NCBI GenBank assembly: GCA_045599205.1
Contig: JAZRVM010000015.1
Location: forward strand, 24,742 to 88,741
Length of the DNA: 64,000 bases
Source: Christensenellaceae bacterium
Lineage (GTDB): Bacteria; Bacillota; Clostridia; Christensenellales; Borkfalkiaceae
Reading direction: 5' to 3'
Position 1 is the first letter of the stretch; each line of letters begins with the position of its first letter. The notes beneath the pieces were generated by a model. It did not search any database. It was not told the DNA's origin and saw only the letters and a program-made list of their open reading frames with translations. Shown here in pieces: positions 10,322 to 18,001 of this stretch. Both the position numbers and the translations under genes were made by a program.

Positions 10322-11914
10322 TTACAGTAATTCGTACAATTCTTCCTTTAACTTATAATATTTTTTAATATCCTTTGAATAAGTATGCATATCAATAAAA
10401 CCATACTTCTTCATAACACAAATGACCTTCTCTCTCGAAGTGCTTTTTGACGCAGAGATTAAAAGTCTATATAATTCAAACGCTTTAAGCATTGCAAAGT
10501 ATCTTATCGAATAATCAACGTCCCCATCCCCGGGATAAACGATAAATGAGTCGCCGGCAGCGAAAGCGCCTCCCGTAGTTGCGTCGGCATAAGGGTTTAA
10601 CGGCGAAATAGAAAATTGAGTATTATAAAAATTATACCCCCAATGTAAAAACCCGTTTGCCTTACTCGTGAAGATATCAAAACCCAAAACCATGGTCCTA
10701 AAAAACGGCATATGAAAATATCTGTTAGTTAAGTACTCGTTATCTACGCCGATACAATAATATATCAAATGCGGAACTTCATCAAATTGCGGTAAATCTT
10801 TACTGAACGTTGCAACAGCCGGCATATCAACGATTTTGCGCTTACAAAAATCAAATTGCGAAAGTGCGTCCATCGTTTTCATTCCACCGTTATGTTTTTT
10901 AACGAAATGATACAACTGTTCGTACTTATCAACGTGCTTTCCGTGCGGTTCATCGGTTAAGTGCATGTAACAATTATCAAAAATTCCTTTCTTCTTGGTG
11001 TAATCAGCCAATTCACTCAAAAATGAAGAAAGAAATTCGCAATATTCTTTTGAATCCGAATTTACGCTCCAACCGAAGTATTTGACGAGTTTTCCGTCAA
11101 CGTCAATCATAATTTTCGGGCAATATTCTCCGCCCCATTGCGTAAAGAGATGCGAGAATTCAAAATATTTTATTCCGTAACTTTTAGCGATTTCAATATA
11201 CTTATCGACTTCTGAAAAATCAAATTCGAAATTTTCTCGGTTTTTCTTAACTTTAACGAGTTGCGTGGTAAGTCTTTCCTTTCCGACGCCTGTGTCAAGC
11301 GGTGGCGTAAAAAGCGGAATTAGTAACATGTTATTACCCATTTTAACGTATGCTGACAAAAACTTTTCGAAAATCGAATAAAACTGCTTTGAAAAAGGTT
11401 CTACCTTATAATAATTACAAATCCCATCCAAATGAAACCAATTCGTTAAAATTACGTCCGTGTCAAGTAATTTTTTGTCTAAAACGTTGAGTTTAAATAA
11501 AACTTCTTTTCCGAGTGCTTTAATTTTAATGATATGCTCGCCGGGAGCTTTTTCACAAGCCGGTATTTCAAAATAAAAGGTAACGTGGTCTTCTTTTCTC
11601 AAAAAATAAATATAGTTTTCTCTTGTTAAAAGGTCGGGATAAACGTCGCCTTTACTTTTGATATAATATTTATCAGTTTTTTTATTGTTTGAATAATTTC
11701 CCTTTACTTCATGAACTTTGTAAATATTAACAGGCAAATCGGACTCCACGGAAATTTCGCCGTTAAGGTTATCCTTTGAAAGCCAAAAAAATTCATCATC
11801 GATAAAAAGCTGAAAAGAAAAACTTTCGTTACTCAAACAAAAGCCGGTATTTAATTTAACAACGTCCTTTTTGCTTAAAATTTTTACATCGCCGGAACAT
11901 AAAGTCAAACTCAT
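10322..11914 (-). CDS. DUF4091-like putative glycoside hydrolase
   Basis: The track ORF begins with TTG at 11929. ATG at 11912-11914 (MSLTLCSG...) has a GGAG 5 nt upstream and is the more likely start. Size and sequence style recall DUF4091 proteins; this is from memory and unverified. Confidence 0.55.
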   Translation of the reverse strand: MSLTLCSGDVKILSKKDVVKLNTGFCLSNESFSFQLFIDDEFFWLSKDNLNGEISVESDLPVNIYKVHEVKGNYSNNKKTDKYYIKSKGDVYPDLLTRENYIYFLRKEDHVTFYFEIPACEKAPGEHIIKIKALGKEVLFKLNVLDKKLLDTDVILTNWFHLDGICNYYKVEPFSKQFYSIFEKFLSAYVKMGNNMLLIPLFTPPLDTGVGKERLTTQLVKVKKNRENFEFDFSEVDKYIEIAKSYGIKYFEFSHLFTQWGGEYCPKIMIDVDGKLVKYFGWSVNSDSKEYCEFLSSFLSELADYTKKKGIFDNCYMHLTDEPHGKHVDKYEQLYHFVKKHNGGMKTMDALSQFDFCKRKIVDMPAVATFSKDLPQFDEVPHLIYYCIGVDNEYLTNRYFHMPFFRTMVLGFDIFTSKANGFLHWGYNFYNTQFSISPLNPYADATTGGAFAAGDSFIVYPGDGDVDYSIRYFAMLKAFELYRLLISASKSTSREKVICVMKKYGFIDMHTYSKDIKKYYKLKEELYELL

Positions 11915-12011
11915 AAATACTCCATACAATAATCTTTTTAAACATTATAACAAAAAATAAAAAATAAAGCAATATAATTCCAAATTATATTTTATTATAA
12001 CTTTAATTCTC

Positions 12012-12034
12012 AAATTCTCACTGAAAGAGAATTT
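12012..12034. promoter_or_regulatory. inverted repeat (operator-like) just upstream of the XRE-TM promoter
   Basis: aaattctc (12012-12019), 7-nt spacer, gagaattt (12027-12034): perfect 8-bp arms. aattctc is also directly repeated at 12005-12011. Confidence 0.45.
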
Positions 12035-12045
12035 CAAATATTATA

Positions 12046-12074
12046 TTGACAAAATATCCTATAAGCGATATAAT
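12046..12074 (+). promoter_or_regulatory. sigma-A-type promoter, perfect consensus
   Basis: TTGACA (12046-12051), 17-nt spacer, TATAAT (12069-12074), 25 nt upstream of the ATG at 12099. Confidence 0.7.
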
Positions 12075-12098
12075 CATAGAAAAAATAGGAACATAATT

Positions 12099-12689
12099 AT
12101 GGTGGAAGATATTAAAAAAAATATTGCAAGCAATCTTGTTCTTTTAAGAAAACAAAATAAGATGACACAGCAGGACGTTGCAAAAATCACTAATTATTCC
12201 GATAAAGCAGTTTCAAGATGGGAACTTGGCGACTCCTTCCCCGACATCGATGTTTTATCTTCTCTTTGCGATTATTTCGGCGTAACGTTTGAATGGTTAA
12301 TTAAATCACATAACGAAGCACCGAAAATTTCGAAAATTCAAAAAGAAAAATTTAAAATAGCTTCGGTAATTCTTTGGGAAATTTGTTGCTTTACTCTGGC
12401 AACCATATTGTACGTGTTTTTTCTTATAACAAAAAATATATCTTGTTGGCCGTTTTTTATTTGTGCGGGATTCTTTTCGGCACTGATATTTTCTTTTGCC
12501 GCAAGAAGATGGTGGGGAAATCTCGTGTGCTTCACGGCAAATTCGATTTCTCTTTGGTTATTAATATCAAGTTCATATCTTAGTATTTTAGAATTTGGAA
12601 ATGAAAACCTCTGGCCACTTTTTTTGGTAGGGATTCCGATTCAATCAATACTTATCCTCTTGCTTTATATCAAAAACGGAAAAAATTAA
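12099..12689 (+). CDS. membrane-anchored XRE-family HTH regulator
   Basis: 196 aa. N-terminal HTH (LRKQNKMTQQDVAKITNYSDKAVSRWELG) followed by about four TM helices. Confidence 0.75.
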   Translation: MVEDIKKNIASNLVLLRKQNKMTQQDVAKITNYSDKAVSRWELGDSFPDIDVLSSLCDYFGVTFEWLIKSHNEAPKISKIQKEKFKIASVILWEICCFTLATILYVFFLITKNISCWPFFICAGFFSALIFSFAARRWWGNLVCFTANSISLWLLISSSYLSILEFGNENLWPLFLVGIPIQSILILLLYIKNGKN

Positions 12690-12714
12690 AAGACCGAATA
12701 TTTTCGGTCTTTTT
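12689..12714. terminator. bidirectional intrinsic terminator between convergent genes
   Basis: 10-bp stem aaagaccgaa / ttcggtcttt with loop tatt, and T-runs on both strands. Confidence 0.8.
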
Positions 12715-13392
12715 TTATTCTATCCTCAATTTTCTTAAATAATCCTTTTGGTCATCGGTTATCCTGTAACTTTCGACTGCCTTTTGAATCGTTTTATTAT
12801 GCGTCCACTTGTCAAGAAGCTTATTTTCGAAAACGTAAATTGTACTATCCCATTGTTTTGCAAGCGCAGTAGCATAAAACCATGCAATCATCATATTAAC
12901 GTAATATTCGTCGGATTTAACACTTAAAGGAATTTGCAAAATCTTCTTATTAAAATCGTCGTCAAGGTAAAACGTCATAAGCATTTCAATCGCAAAACGT
13001 ATGGTATAAGTCTTATCGCTTTTAACCCATTGTTCAATTTTTTCAAGCAGTAACTTTTTATCCTTTTTTAATGCCTTGGGACTCATAATATCGCACACCG
13101 CCCAATTATCGACGTATGGCAAAAACTCGTCTAAAAGGTCATAAATTCGGCATATATCCTTCATTTCGGATATTAAAAGAGCGTGAAGCATATTTTCATC
13201 GTAATAAAAATGCGGAAGTATCGATAAAAAACGATTTGATTCTTCATCTGAAATATATTTCTTTGCAAAAGCCCTTAAAACAGGGACTCTAACTCCGATA
13301 AACTTATCTTTATCGATATTAGGTGTCAGTTTTGCCTGAAAATCAGCATAAGTTTTATCGGAAAGCGCAAAAAGGCGATTGATTAAATCCAT
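12715..13392 (-). CDS. DNA alkylation repair protein (AlkD-like HEAT-repeat family)
   Basis: 225 aa. The N-terminus LFALSDKTYADFQAKLTPNIDKDKFIGVRVPVLRAFAKKY is typical of the DNA alkylation repair enzyme family. Confidence 0.75.
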   Translation of the reverse strand: MDLINRLFALSDKTYADFQAKLTPNIDKDKFIGVRVPVLRAFAKKYISDEESNRFLSILPHFYYDENMLHALLISEMKDICRIYDLLDEFLPYVDNWAVCDIMSPKALKKDKKLLLEKIEQWVKSDKTYTIRFAIEMLMTFYLDDDFNKKILQIPLSVKSDEYYVNMMIAWFYATALAKQWDSTIYVFENKLLDKWTHNKTIQKAVESYRITDDQKDYLRKLRIE

Positions 13393-13438
13393 ATTAAACT
13401 ATTTTTAAATGAAATTTTTTCCTTTTAAAATTTTTCTC

Positions 13439-13467
13439 ATTATATCATTTGTTAAAATTGATGTCAA
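13439..13467 (-). promoter_or_regulatory. sigma-A-type promoter, perfect consensus (alkD-like gene)
   Basis: On the minus strand: TTGACA (13462-13467), 17-nt spacer, TATAAT (13439-13444). Confidence 0.65.
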
Positions 13468-13597
13468 GGTAAGATTACCGGCATTGTGCCTACCAAATAA
13501 TTCATATACTATTTCGTTTACGAAAATAAATTAGTAATACAAAAAATCGGCGAAAAACCACACCGTGTTAATAATACACTTCAATACCAATAAAAAA

Positions 13598-14386
13598 TCA
13601 ACTTGCCTTTTTTGTTTTTTTCGTTATATGGAATATACTTTCAATAATAAACGAAACAACCGAAATCAACAAAAACTCTCCGATAATCGAGTACAAAAAC
13701 GGAACGTATTCACCATTACTAACAAAAAATTTCGGCGTAAAAATATCGATAATATTTTTAACAAAAGGAACATCGATAGGAGCAAAAATAATTATCGGGT
13801 TACTCTCTTTAATGAGAGTATAGGCGTTAGACAAAGTTTCGCCCTTAATAAGATAAAAAGTAATCGTGTTGACAAATATCGTCAACTTGAACAATATATA
13901 GTGTGACGGAATCTTATAAAAGTTTTTAATTTTGATTTCGTTAAAGTCAAACAACAAACAAAGCAAATTACAAAACGCCAACAAAAAGTGGCAAACGTAA
14001 TACCGTACGAATTCAATATTATTTATCGACTCCCCTATAAACCAATAAGGAATTGCTATTGCGGCAAATCCCGAAAACATACCGATAATGTTTATGGCTT
14101 CTTTTAACGCACCTTTTTTTAGAATTAAAGAAAGAGGGTTAATGATAATCATCAAGGCGCACATGTTATACGCCGTTTGAATAAGATCGAATTCCTGCCC
14201 GATATACTGGGGCCATATTTTATTTTTTAAAATATGTTGAACAAAATTGAACAACATAAAAATCAAAACAAAAATTTTTTGAACGTAGCGCTTTTTATTT
14301 CTTAACAAAATAAAAGAAATAATCGAAAAGGCTATCGGTAACAAAATCATTAAAATATGAAAAACGTTTCCGTATTGTAAAACCAT
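13598..14386 (-). CDS. polytopic membrane protein (possibly YwaF/TIGR02206-like)
   Basis: 262-aa hydrophobic ORF with SD AAGGAGAAAT before the ATG. The family guess is weak. Confidence 0.7.
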   Translation of the reverse strand: MVLQYGNVFHILMILLPIAFSIISFILLRNKKRYVQKIFVLIFMLFNFVQHILKNKIWPQYIGQEFDLIQTAYNMCALMIIINPLSLILKKGALKEAINIIGMFSGFAAIAIPYWFIGESINNIEFVRYYVCHFLLAFCNLLCLLFDFNEIKIKNFYKIPSHYILFKLTIFVNTITFYLIKGETLSNAYTLIKESNPIIIFAPIDVPFVKNIIDIFTPKFFVSNGEYVPFLYSIIGEFLLISVVSFIIESIFHITKKTKKAS

Positions 14387-14471
14387 ATTTCTCCTTTACC
14401 TTAACCCACAATATCAATATTATGATATATTTTATTCTTCCCTTCTTTTCTTTTTTTATAATTTTTATTAC

Positions 14472-14500
14472 ATTATATCAACAGACTTTGCATCAGTCAA
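14472..14500 (-). promoter_or_regulatory. sigma-A-type promoter for the membrane protein gene
   Basis: On the minus strand: TTGACT (14495-14500), 17-nt spacer, TATAAT (14472-14477). Confidence 0.6.
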
Positions 14501-14779
14501 TAATATTTATGACGAAAAACTCAGATCTCTTGCAATATGGCTAAATTTACGTGTACGACGAAGATCCTGGCGAACTTCAAGCAATTGAACTGCTTGCCGG
14601 CTATTCTTACGACGACCTTGCGGTTATGCTAAACAACAGGTCTTTCCCTGATGGCGTGGACAGTTTTTGGGGAATGCAACTCACATATTTTAGAAAATAC
14701 GGACATGATTACAATTCTATCGTCAAAAAAGTGTCTATTCTTGGAACGGCAGAATATAAAACCGTATAGTAAATAAATA

Positions 14780-15229
14780 AAAACACAAAAAAAGCAAGGC
14801 AAATAAGCATATTCTTGATTAGACGTGGTAAATGTGCGTTCGATAATTAAGTAAGATTTTTCAAAGCCCTTTATAACGTTACCCTTTCCGCCTTCGAAAG
14901 TGCTTATCAAATTGCTTTCGCCGTTTATTGTTTCCGCATCGTTTCCAATAGCGTCTTACGGGGTTAAATATACAGGGAGTTTAGCGTATTCAATACTTAC
15001 TTTTTTGCTTTCTTCTAACGTTGTTTTTCAAGTCATTTGCGGTAAACACAAACGAATCATTAGAAACGTTTGAAAGGTCGATAGAAAGAATTTTTGCGTG
15101 TGCGTAAGCGCTTCGTACCACAACGGAATAAAGCATATCTTCTTTAGTAAAATCATCAACGTATTTTGCTCTACCCGTAACTTTATCCTTTCCGTCTACT
15201 CTTACGATATTTTCACCAAAATATTTCAT
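14780..15229 (-). pseudogene. remnant of a xanthine dehydrogenase / aldehyde oxidoreductase molybdopterin-subunit gene
   Basis: The 79-aa ORF MKYFGENIVRVDGKDKVTGRAKYVDDFTKEDMLYSVVVRSAYAHAKILSIDLS is a classic XDH-family N-terminus but stops early. In another frame I read KVSIEYAKLPVYLTP-stop-DAIGNDAETING...GGKGNVIKGFEKSYLIIERTFTTSNQEYAYL, after which the homology ends. Only about 170 of roughly 750 residues survive, broken by a deletion, a frameshift and an in-frame stop. Confidence 0.75.
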
Positions 15230-15482
15230 AATTTTTCTCCGTTTTTATTATACTTTATTTTAAAAAAAGTCAAATATAAAGACTATAAGATGTTAAAACT
15301 TGTGCCTTTTATAACAATAAACCATTGGTTTTTATTATTAAAAAATTTGCTATAAAAAAGTGCAACGAACTATTTTGGTACTCCCAAAAGAAGCATCTCC
15401 GTTTCGCTACGATGGACTATGTAATCCGTATTAGTCCGTCAACGGCGTCCGAACTCACAGTTCAATTCTTACGTTCGAAAAT

Positions 15483-15514
15483 AAAAACAAAAGCACTGCC
15501 AAACGGCAATGCTT
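15483..15514 (-). terminator. intrinsic terminator after tRNA-Arg
   Basis: As minus-strand RNA: AGCAUUGCC GUUU GGCAGUGCU followed by UUUGUUUUU. Confidence 0.75.
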
Positions 15515-15521
15515 TTTGTTT

Positions 15522-15596
15522 TGGTACTCCCGAGCAGAATCGAACTGCTAATCTTCCCTTAGGAGGGGAAAGTTATATCCATTTAACTACGGAAGC
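15522..15596 (-). tRNA. tRNA-Arg (anticodon CCU)
   Basis: Minus-strand sequence GCTTCCGTAGTTAAATGGATATAACTTTCCCCTCCTAAGGGAAGATTAGCAGTTCGATTCTGCTCGGGAGTACCA folds as a cloverleaf. D stem GTTA/TAAC; anticodon stem TTCCC/GGGAA with loop CTCCTAA; T arm AGCAG-TTCGATT-CTGCT; encoded CCA. The acceptor stem has G1-U72 and U4-G69 wobbles, which is a little unusual. Confidence 0.85.
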
Positions 15597-15623
15597 AAAT
15601 GTTTTATTTAATAAACGCTATAT

Positions 15624-15652
15624 ATTTTACAATATATTATCTTCAAAGTCAA
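15624..15652 (-). promoter_or_regulatory. sigma-A-type promoter for tRNA-Arg
   Basis: On the minus strand: TTGACT (15647-15652), 17-nt spacer, TAAAAT (15624-15629), about 28 nt upstream of the mature tRNA 5' end. Confidence 0.6.
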
Positions 15653-15772
15653 CTCAAAAAATATTTAACGAGTATAATTTTCCATTAAAAAAGAAACAAT
15701 CATATTAAAAGTATAACAATAATTATGAAATAATCATAAATTAAAATAGGATATACTTTTTTTGGAAGAAAT

Positions 15773-16135
15773 ATGATAAAACGCGGAGAATTATATTATG
15801 CAGATTTAAGTCCCGTTGTCGGGAGTGAACAAGGGGGTATAAGACCCATTTTAATCGTTCAAAACGATACGGGAAATAAATATTCTCCAACGGTAATTGC
15901 CGCCGCTGTAACGAGTAAGCTTACCAAGGCAAAACTGCCAACTCACATTGAAATTGCGGCAAACGAATTTGGACTGATTAAAGATTCAGTTATACTTTTG
16001 GAGCAAATACGTACTCTTGACAAAAAAAGATTAAAGGAAAAAATCGGCGAGCTTTCCAAAATTAAAATGAGCAAGGTAAACACCGCCCTGCTCATATCTT
16101 TGGGTTTTAACAATAAAGACGACTCGGTTATATAA
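15773..16135 (+). CDS. mazF: MazF/PemK-family endoribonuclease toxin (EndoA/NdoA-like)
   Basis: 120 aa. [58 protein letters not shown]...[16 protein letters not shown] is near-collinear with B. subtilis EndoA as I remember it. Confidence 0.9.
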   Translation: MIKRGELYYADLSPVVGSEQGGIRPILIVQNDTGNKYSPTVIAAAVTSKLTKAKLPTHIEIAANEFGLIKDSVILLEQIRTLDKKRLKEKIGELSKIKMSKVNTALLISLGFNNKDDSVI

Positions 16136-16159
16136 TTAACCGCCACCGACTCAAAAGTG

Positions 16160-16561
16160 TTACTTTGCAATCAGCATAAGAGATTTTTCTTTTCTATATC
16201 TTTCAAGTGCTTTTAAGTATTTTTCCGAAATAGATAAATTATATCGTTGTTTTTCTTCATACGATAAGCTTTTATAATAATTCTCGTCGGTAAGCCTGCC
16301 TATTACGTCAGACACTTCCCCTTCGGTATCGAGAATTTCCTTAACACGTTTATAAAAATCTTCAAAATTATCGGTATTATGCTTTATTTTTTCGGCAACA
16401 CGCTCGGTTAAGTAATCTTTAACCTTACTTGCCGACACCCCGTTATTCTCTGCTTCTATTATCTGTTCCTTAATAAGTCCGCTATGTTCTTTCCAAAAAC
16501 CACTTTTTAATCTTTTTTTGGCTTCTCTGCAATATTGTTTTAACGATTTTTGTTCAACCAT
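16160..16561 (-). CDS. hypothetical protein (charged, helical)
   Basis: 133-aa ORF downstream of the rpsU terminator. No family recognised. Confidence 0.55.
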   Translation of the reverse strand: MVEQKSLKQYCREAKKRLKSGFWKEHSGLIKEQIIEAENNGVSASKVKDYLTERVAEKIKHNTDNFEDFYKRVKEILDTEGEVSDVIGRLTDENYYKSLSYEEKQRYNLSISEKYLKALERYRKEKSLMLIAK

Positions 16562-16611
16562 ACATTATTCCCCTATATTAGACATTATTCTACATATTTT
16601 TCACATAAAAA

Positions 16612-16648
16612 AAGAAAACCCACTGATTTATCTTCAGTAGGTTTTTTG
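16612..16648 (-). terminator. intrinsic terminator after rpsU
   Basis: As minus-strand RNA: AACCUACUGA AGAUAA AUCAGUGGGUU followed by UUCUUUUUUU. Confidence 0.75.
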
Positions 16649-16650
16649 TT

Positions 16651-16830
16651 TTAGCCCTTAAAGCTTCTCTTTCTGGCAGCTTCGGATTTTTTCTTTCTCT
16701 TTAACGAAGGACTTTCATAAAATTCTTTTTTACGCATATCACCGATAATGCCGTCACGTGAACACTTTCTCTTAAAACGTCTCAATGCGCTGTCGAGATT
16801 TTCATTTTCACCAACTCTAACAATAGACAT
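16651..16830 (-). CDS. rpsU: 30S ribosomal protein S21
   Basis: Below the ORF-track size cutoff. ATG at 16828-16830 follows AGGAAGGTGA. My hand translation gives 59 aa: [59 protein letters not shown], with stop at 16651-16653. Confidence 0.9.
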   Translation of the reverse strand: MSIVRVGENENLDSALRRFKRKCSRDGIIGDMRKKEFYESPSLKRKKKSEAARKRSFKG

Positions 16831-16874
16831 CTGTTTTCACCTTCCTTCGCAAAACTGCACTTTTTAGCATAATG

Positions 16875-16903
16875 AGTATATCAAAGTCGTTTTTTTTTGT
16901 CAA
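16875..16903 (-). promoter_or_regulatory. sigma-A-type promoter for rpsU
   Basis: On the minus strand: TTGACA (16898-16903), 17-nt spacer, TATACT (16875-16880). Confidence 0.65.
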
Positions 16904-16921
16904 TTACTTTTAATACATTTT

Positions 16922-17641
16922 TCACTTTTTTTGAAAGTTCCCGACTAAAAGCCTTTCCCCGTCAAGGTATGCCGTGGTTTGTTTGTTCCCTGACAAATAC
17001 TCTATCAATTCTTTTGTCTCCGATATGCCGTCTGGAATTTCAAGTCCCAAAAGGCGGTCATCGGTAATTCTATGAAAATCCGTTCCGCAAGTTACAAGCA
17101 AATTACCTCTTTCGGCAAAGTCTATTACCTTATCCTTATACCCTATATCGCTAGACTTACAATTTATTTCTATACCGTCGAGATACTTCGGGTCAAGTGG
17201 GGACATATTGGTATTCGGTCTATACGGCAAAGCGTTTTGTCTATACGGGTGAGCCTGAACAACGATTATACCGTACTTTTTGGAAAGATTATAAAGTTCT
17301 TCGTGAGACATAAAACAAAGCCCGCTCGTTTCTCGCATAAACCTATCCGTAACGCCTATAAGCACTATATCAGAATAATGCGGTAAATCTACGGAAACTT
17401 CAAGCCCGTAAAAGACCTCGAACCCCACGCTATCCCCGTATTCTTTTGCCAAACGGTATTCCTTTATAACCATTTCGGCATAATCGGAATATGACATATT
17501 GTCAAAATAAAAGGTTTGACAATGATTTGTGAGTATCATACCGCCGTACCCAATTTTCTTTTTATAATCAATTACTTCTTTATACGTCATTTGCCCGCAC
17601 ATACTTACGCCCTTCGTGTGAACGTGGGTGTCGATTATCAT
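16922..17641 (-). CDS. PHP-domain metal-dependent phosphoesterase
   Basis: The track ORF (to 17731) overlaps the HIT gene. The internal ATG at 17639-17641 (MIIDTHVHTKGVS...) has AAGGAG 6 nt upstream, overlapping the HIT stop. The IDTHVHT motif is PHP-type. Confidence 0.75.
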   Translation of the reverse strand: MIIDTHVHTKGVSMCGQMTYKEVIDYKKKIGYGGMILTNHCQTFYFDNMSYSDYAEMVIKEYRLAKEYGDSVGFEVFYGLEVSVDLPHYSDIVLIGVTDRFMRETSGLCFMSHEELYNLSKKYGIIVVQAHPYRQNALPYRPNTNMSPLDPKYLDGIEINCKSSDIGYKDKVIDFAERGNLLVTCGTDFHRITDDRLLGLEIPDGISETKELIEYLSGNKQTTAYLDGERLLVGNFQKK

Positions 17642-17651
17642 AACACACTCC

Positions 17652-17993
17652 TTATGCAGGTTGCCAGCCCATTTTCTCACCGGACAAAATATGTACGTGA
17701 AGGTGCGGTACGCTTTGTCCCGCATCGTCACCCTGATTGATTACAAGCCTATACCCGTTTTTAAGTTCCAAAAGGTTACAAAGTTTCGGTATCGTTTGAA
17801 GGCAATTTTTAAGCATTGTAGCCTGCTTTTCCGTCATCTCGGATAAATATTTGAAATGACTTTTAACGATACACAAGAAGTGATTTTTTGCCTTTGGCTC
17901 AATGTCACGGATTATAATCATATTTTCGTCTTCATAGATTTTGTTTACGGGAATTTCACCCGAAATAAACTTACAAAACAAACAATCTTCCAT
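17652..17993 (-). CDS. HIT-family (HinT-like) nucleotide hydrolase
   Basis: 113 aa with the histidine triad HLHVHILSG. Confidence 0.85.
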   Translation of the reverse strand: MEDCLFCKFISGEIPVNKIYEDENMIIIRDIEPKAKNHFLCIVKSHFKYLSEMTEKQATMLKNCLQTIPKLCNLLELKNGYRLVINQGDDAGQSVPHLHVHILSGEKMGWQPA

Positions 17994-18001
17994 AATTTCT
18001 C

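Noticed and set aside
15376-15480. Possible second tRNA or small structured RNA ending in GGGAGTACCA
   Set aside because: I could not fold it into a cloverleaf. It has no T-loop TTCGA and no 7-bp acceptor partner. The best local hairpin, GGACTA-N12-TAGTCC, has a 12-nt loop. I treat it only as a repeat of the tRNA 3' end (see findings), not as a gene.
15325-15708. 127-aa plus-strand ORF
   Set aside because: It runs straight through the tRNA-Arg gene, its terminator and its promoter, on the opposite strand. It has no SD, and its translation is not protein-like outside the tRNA complement.
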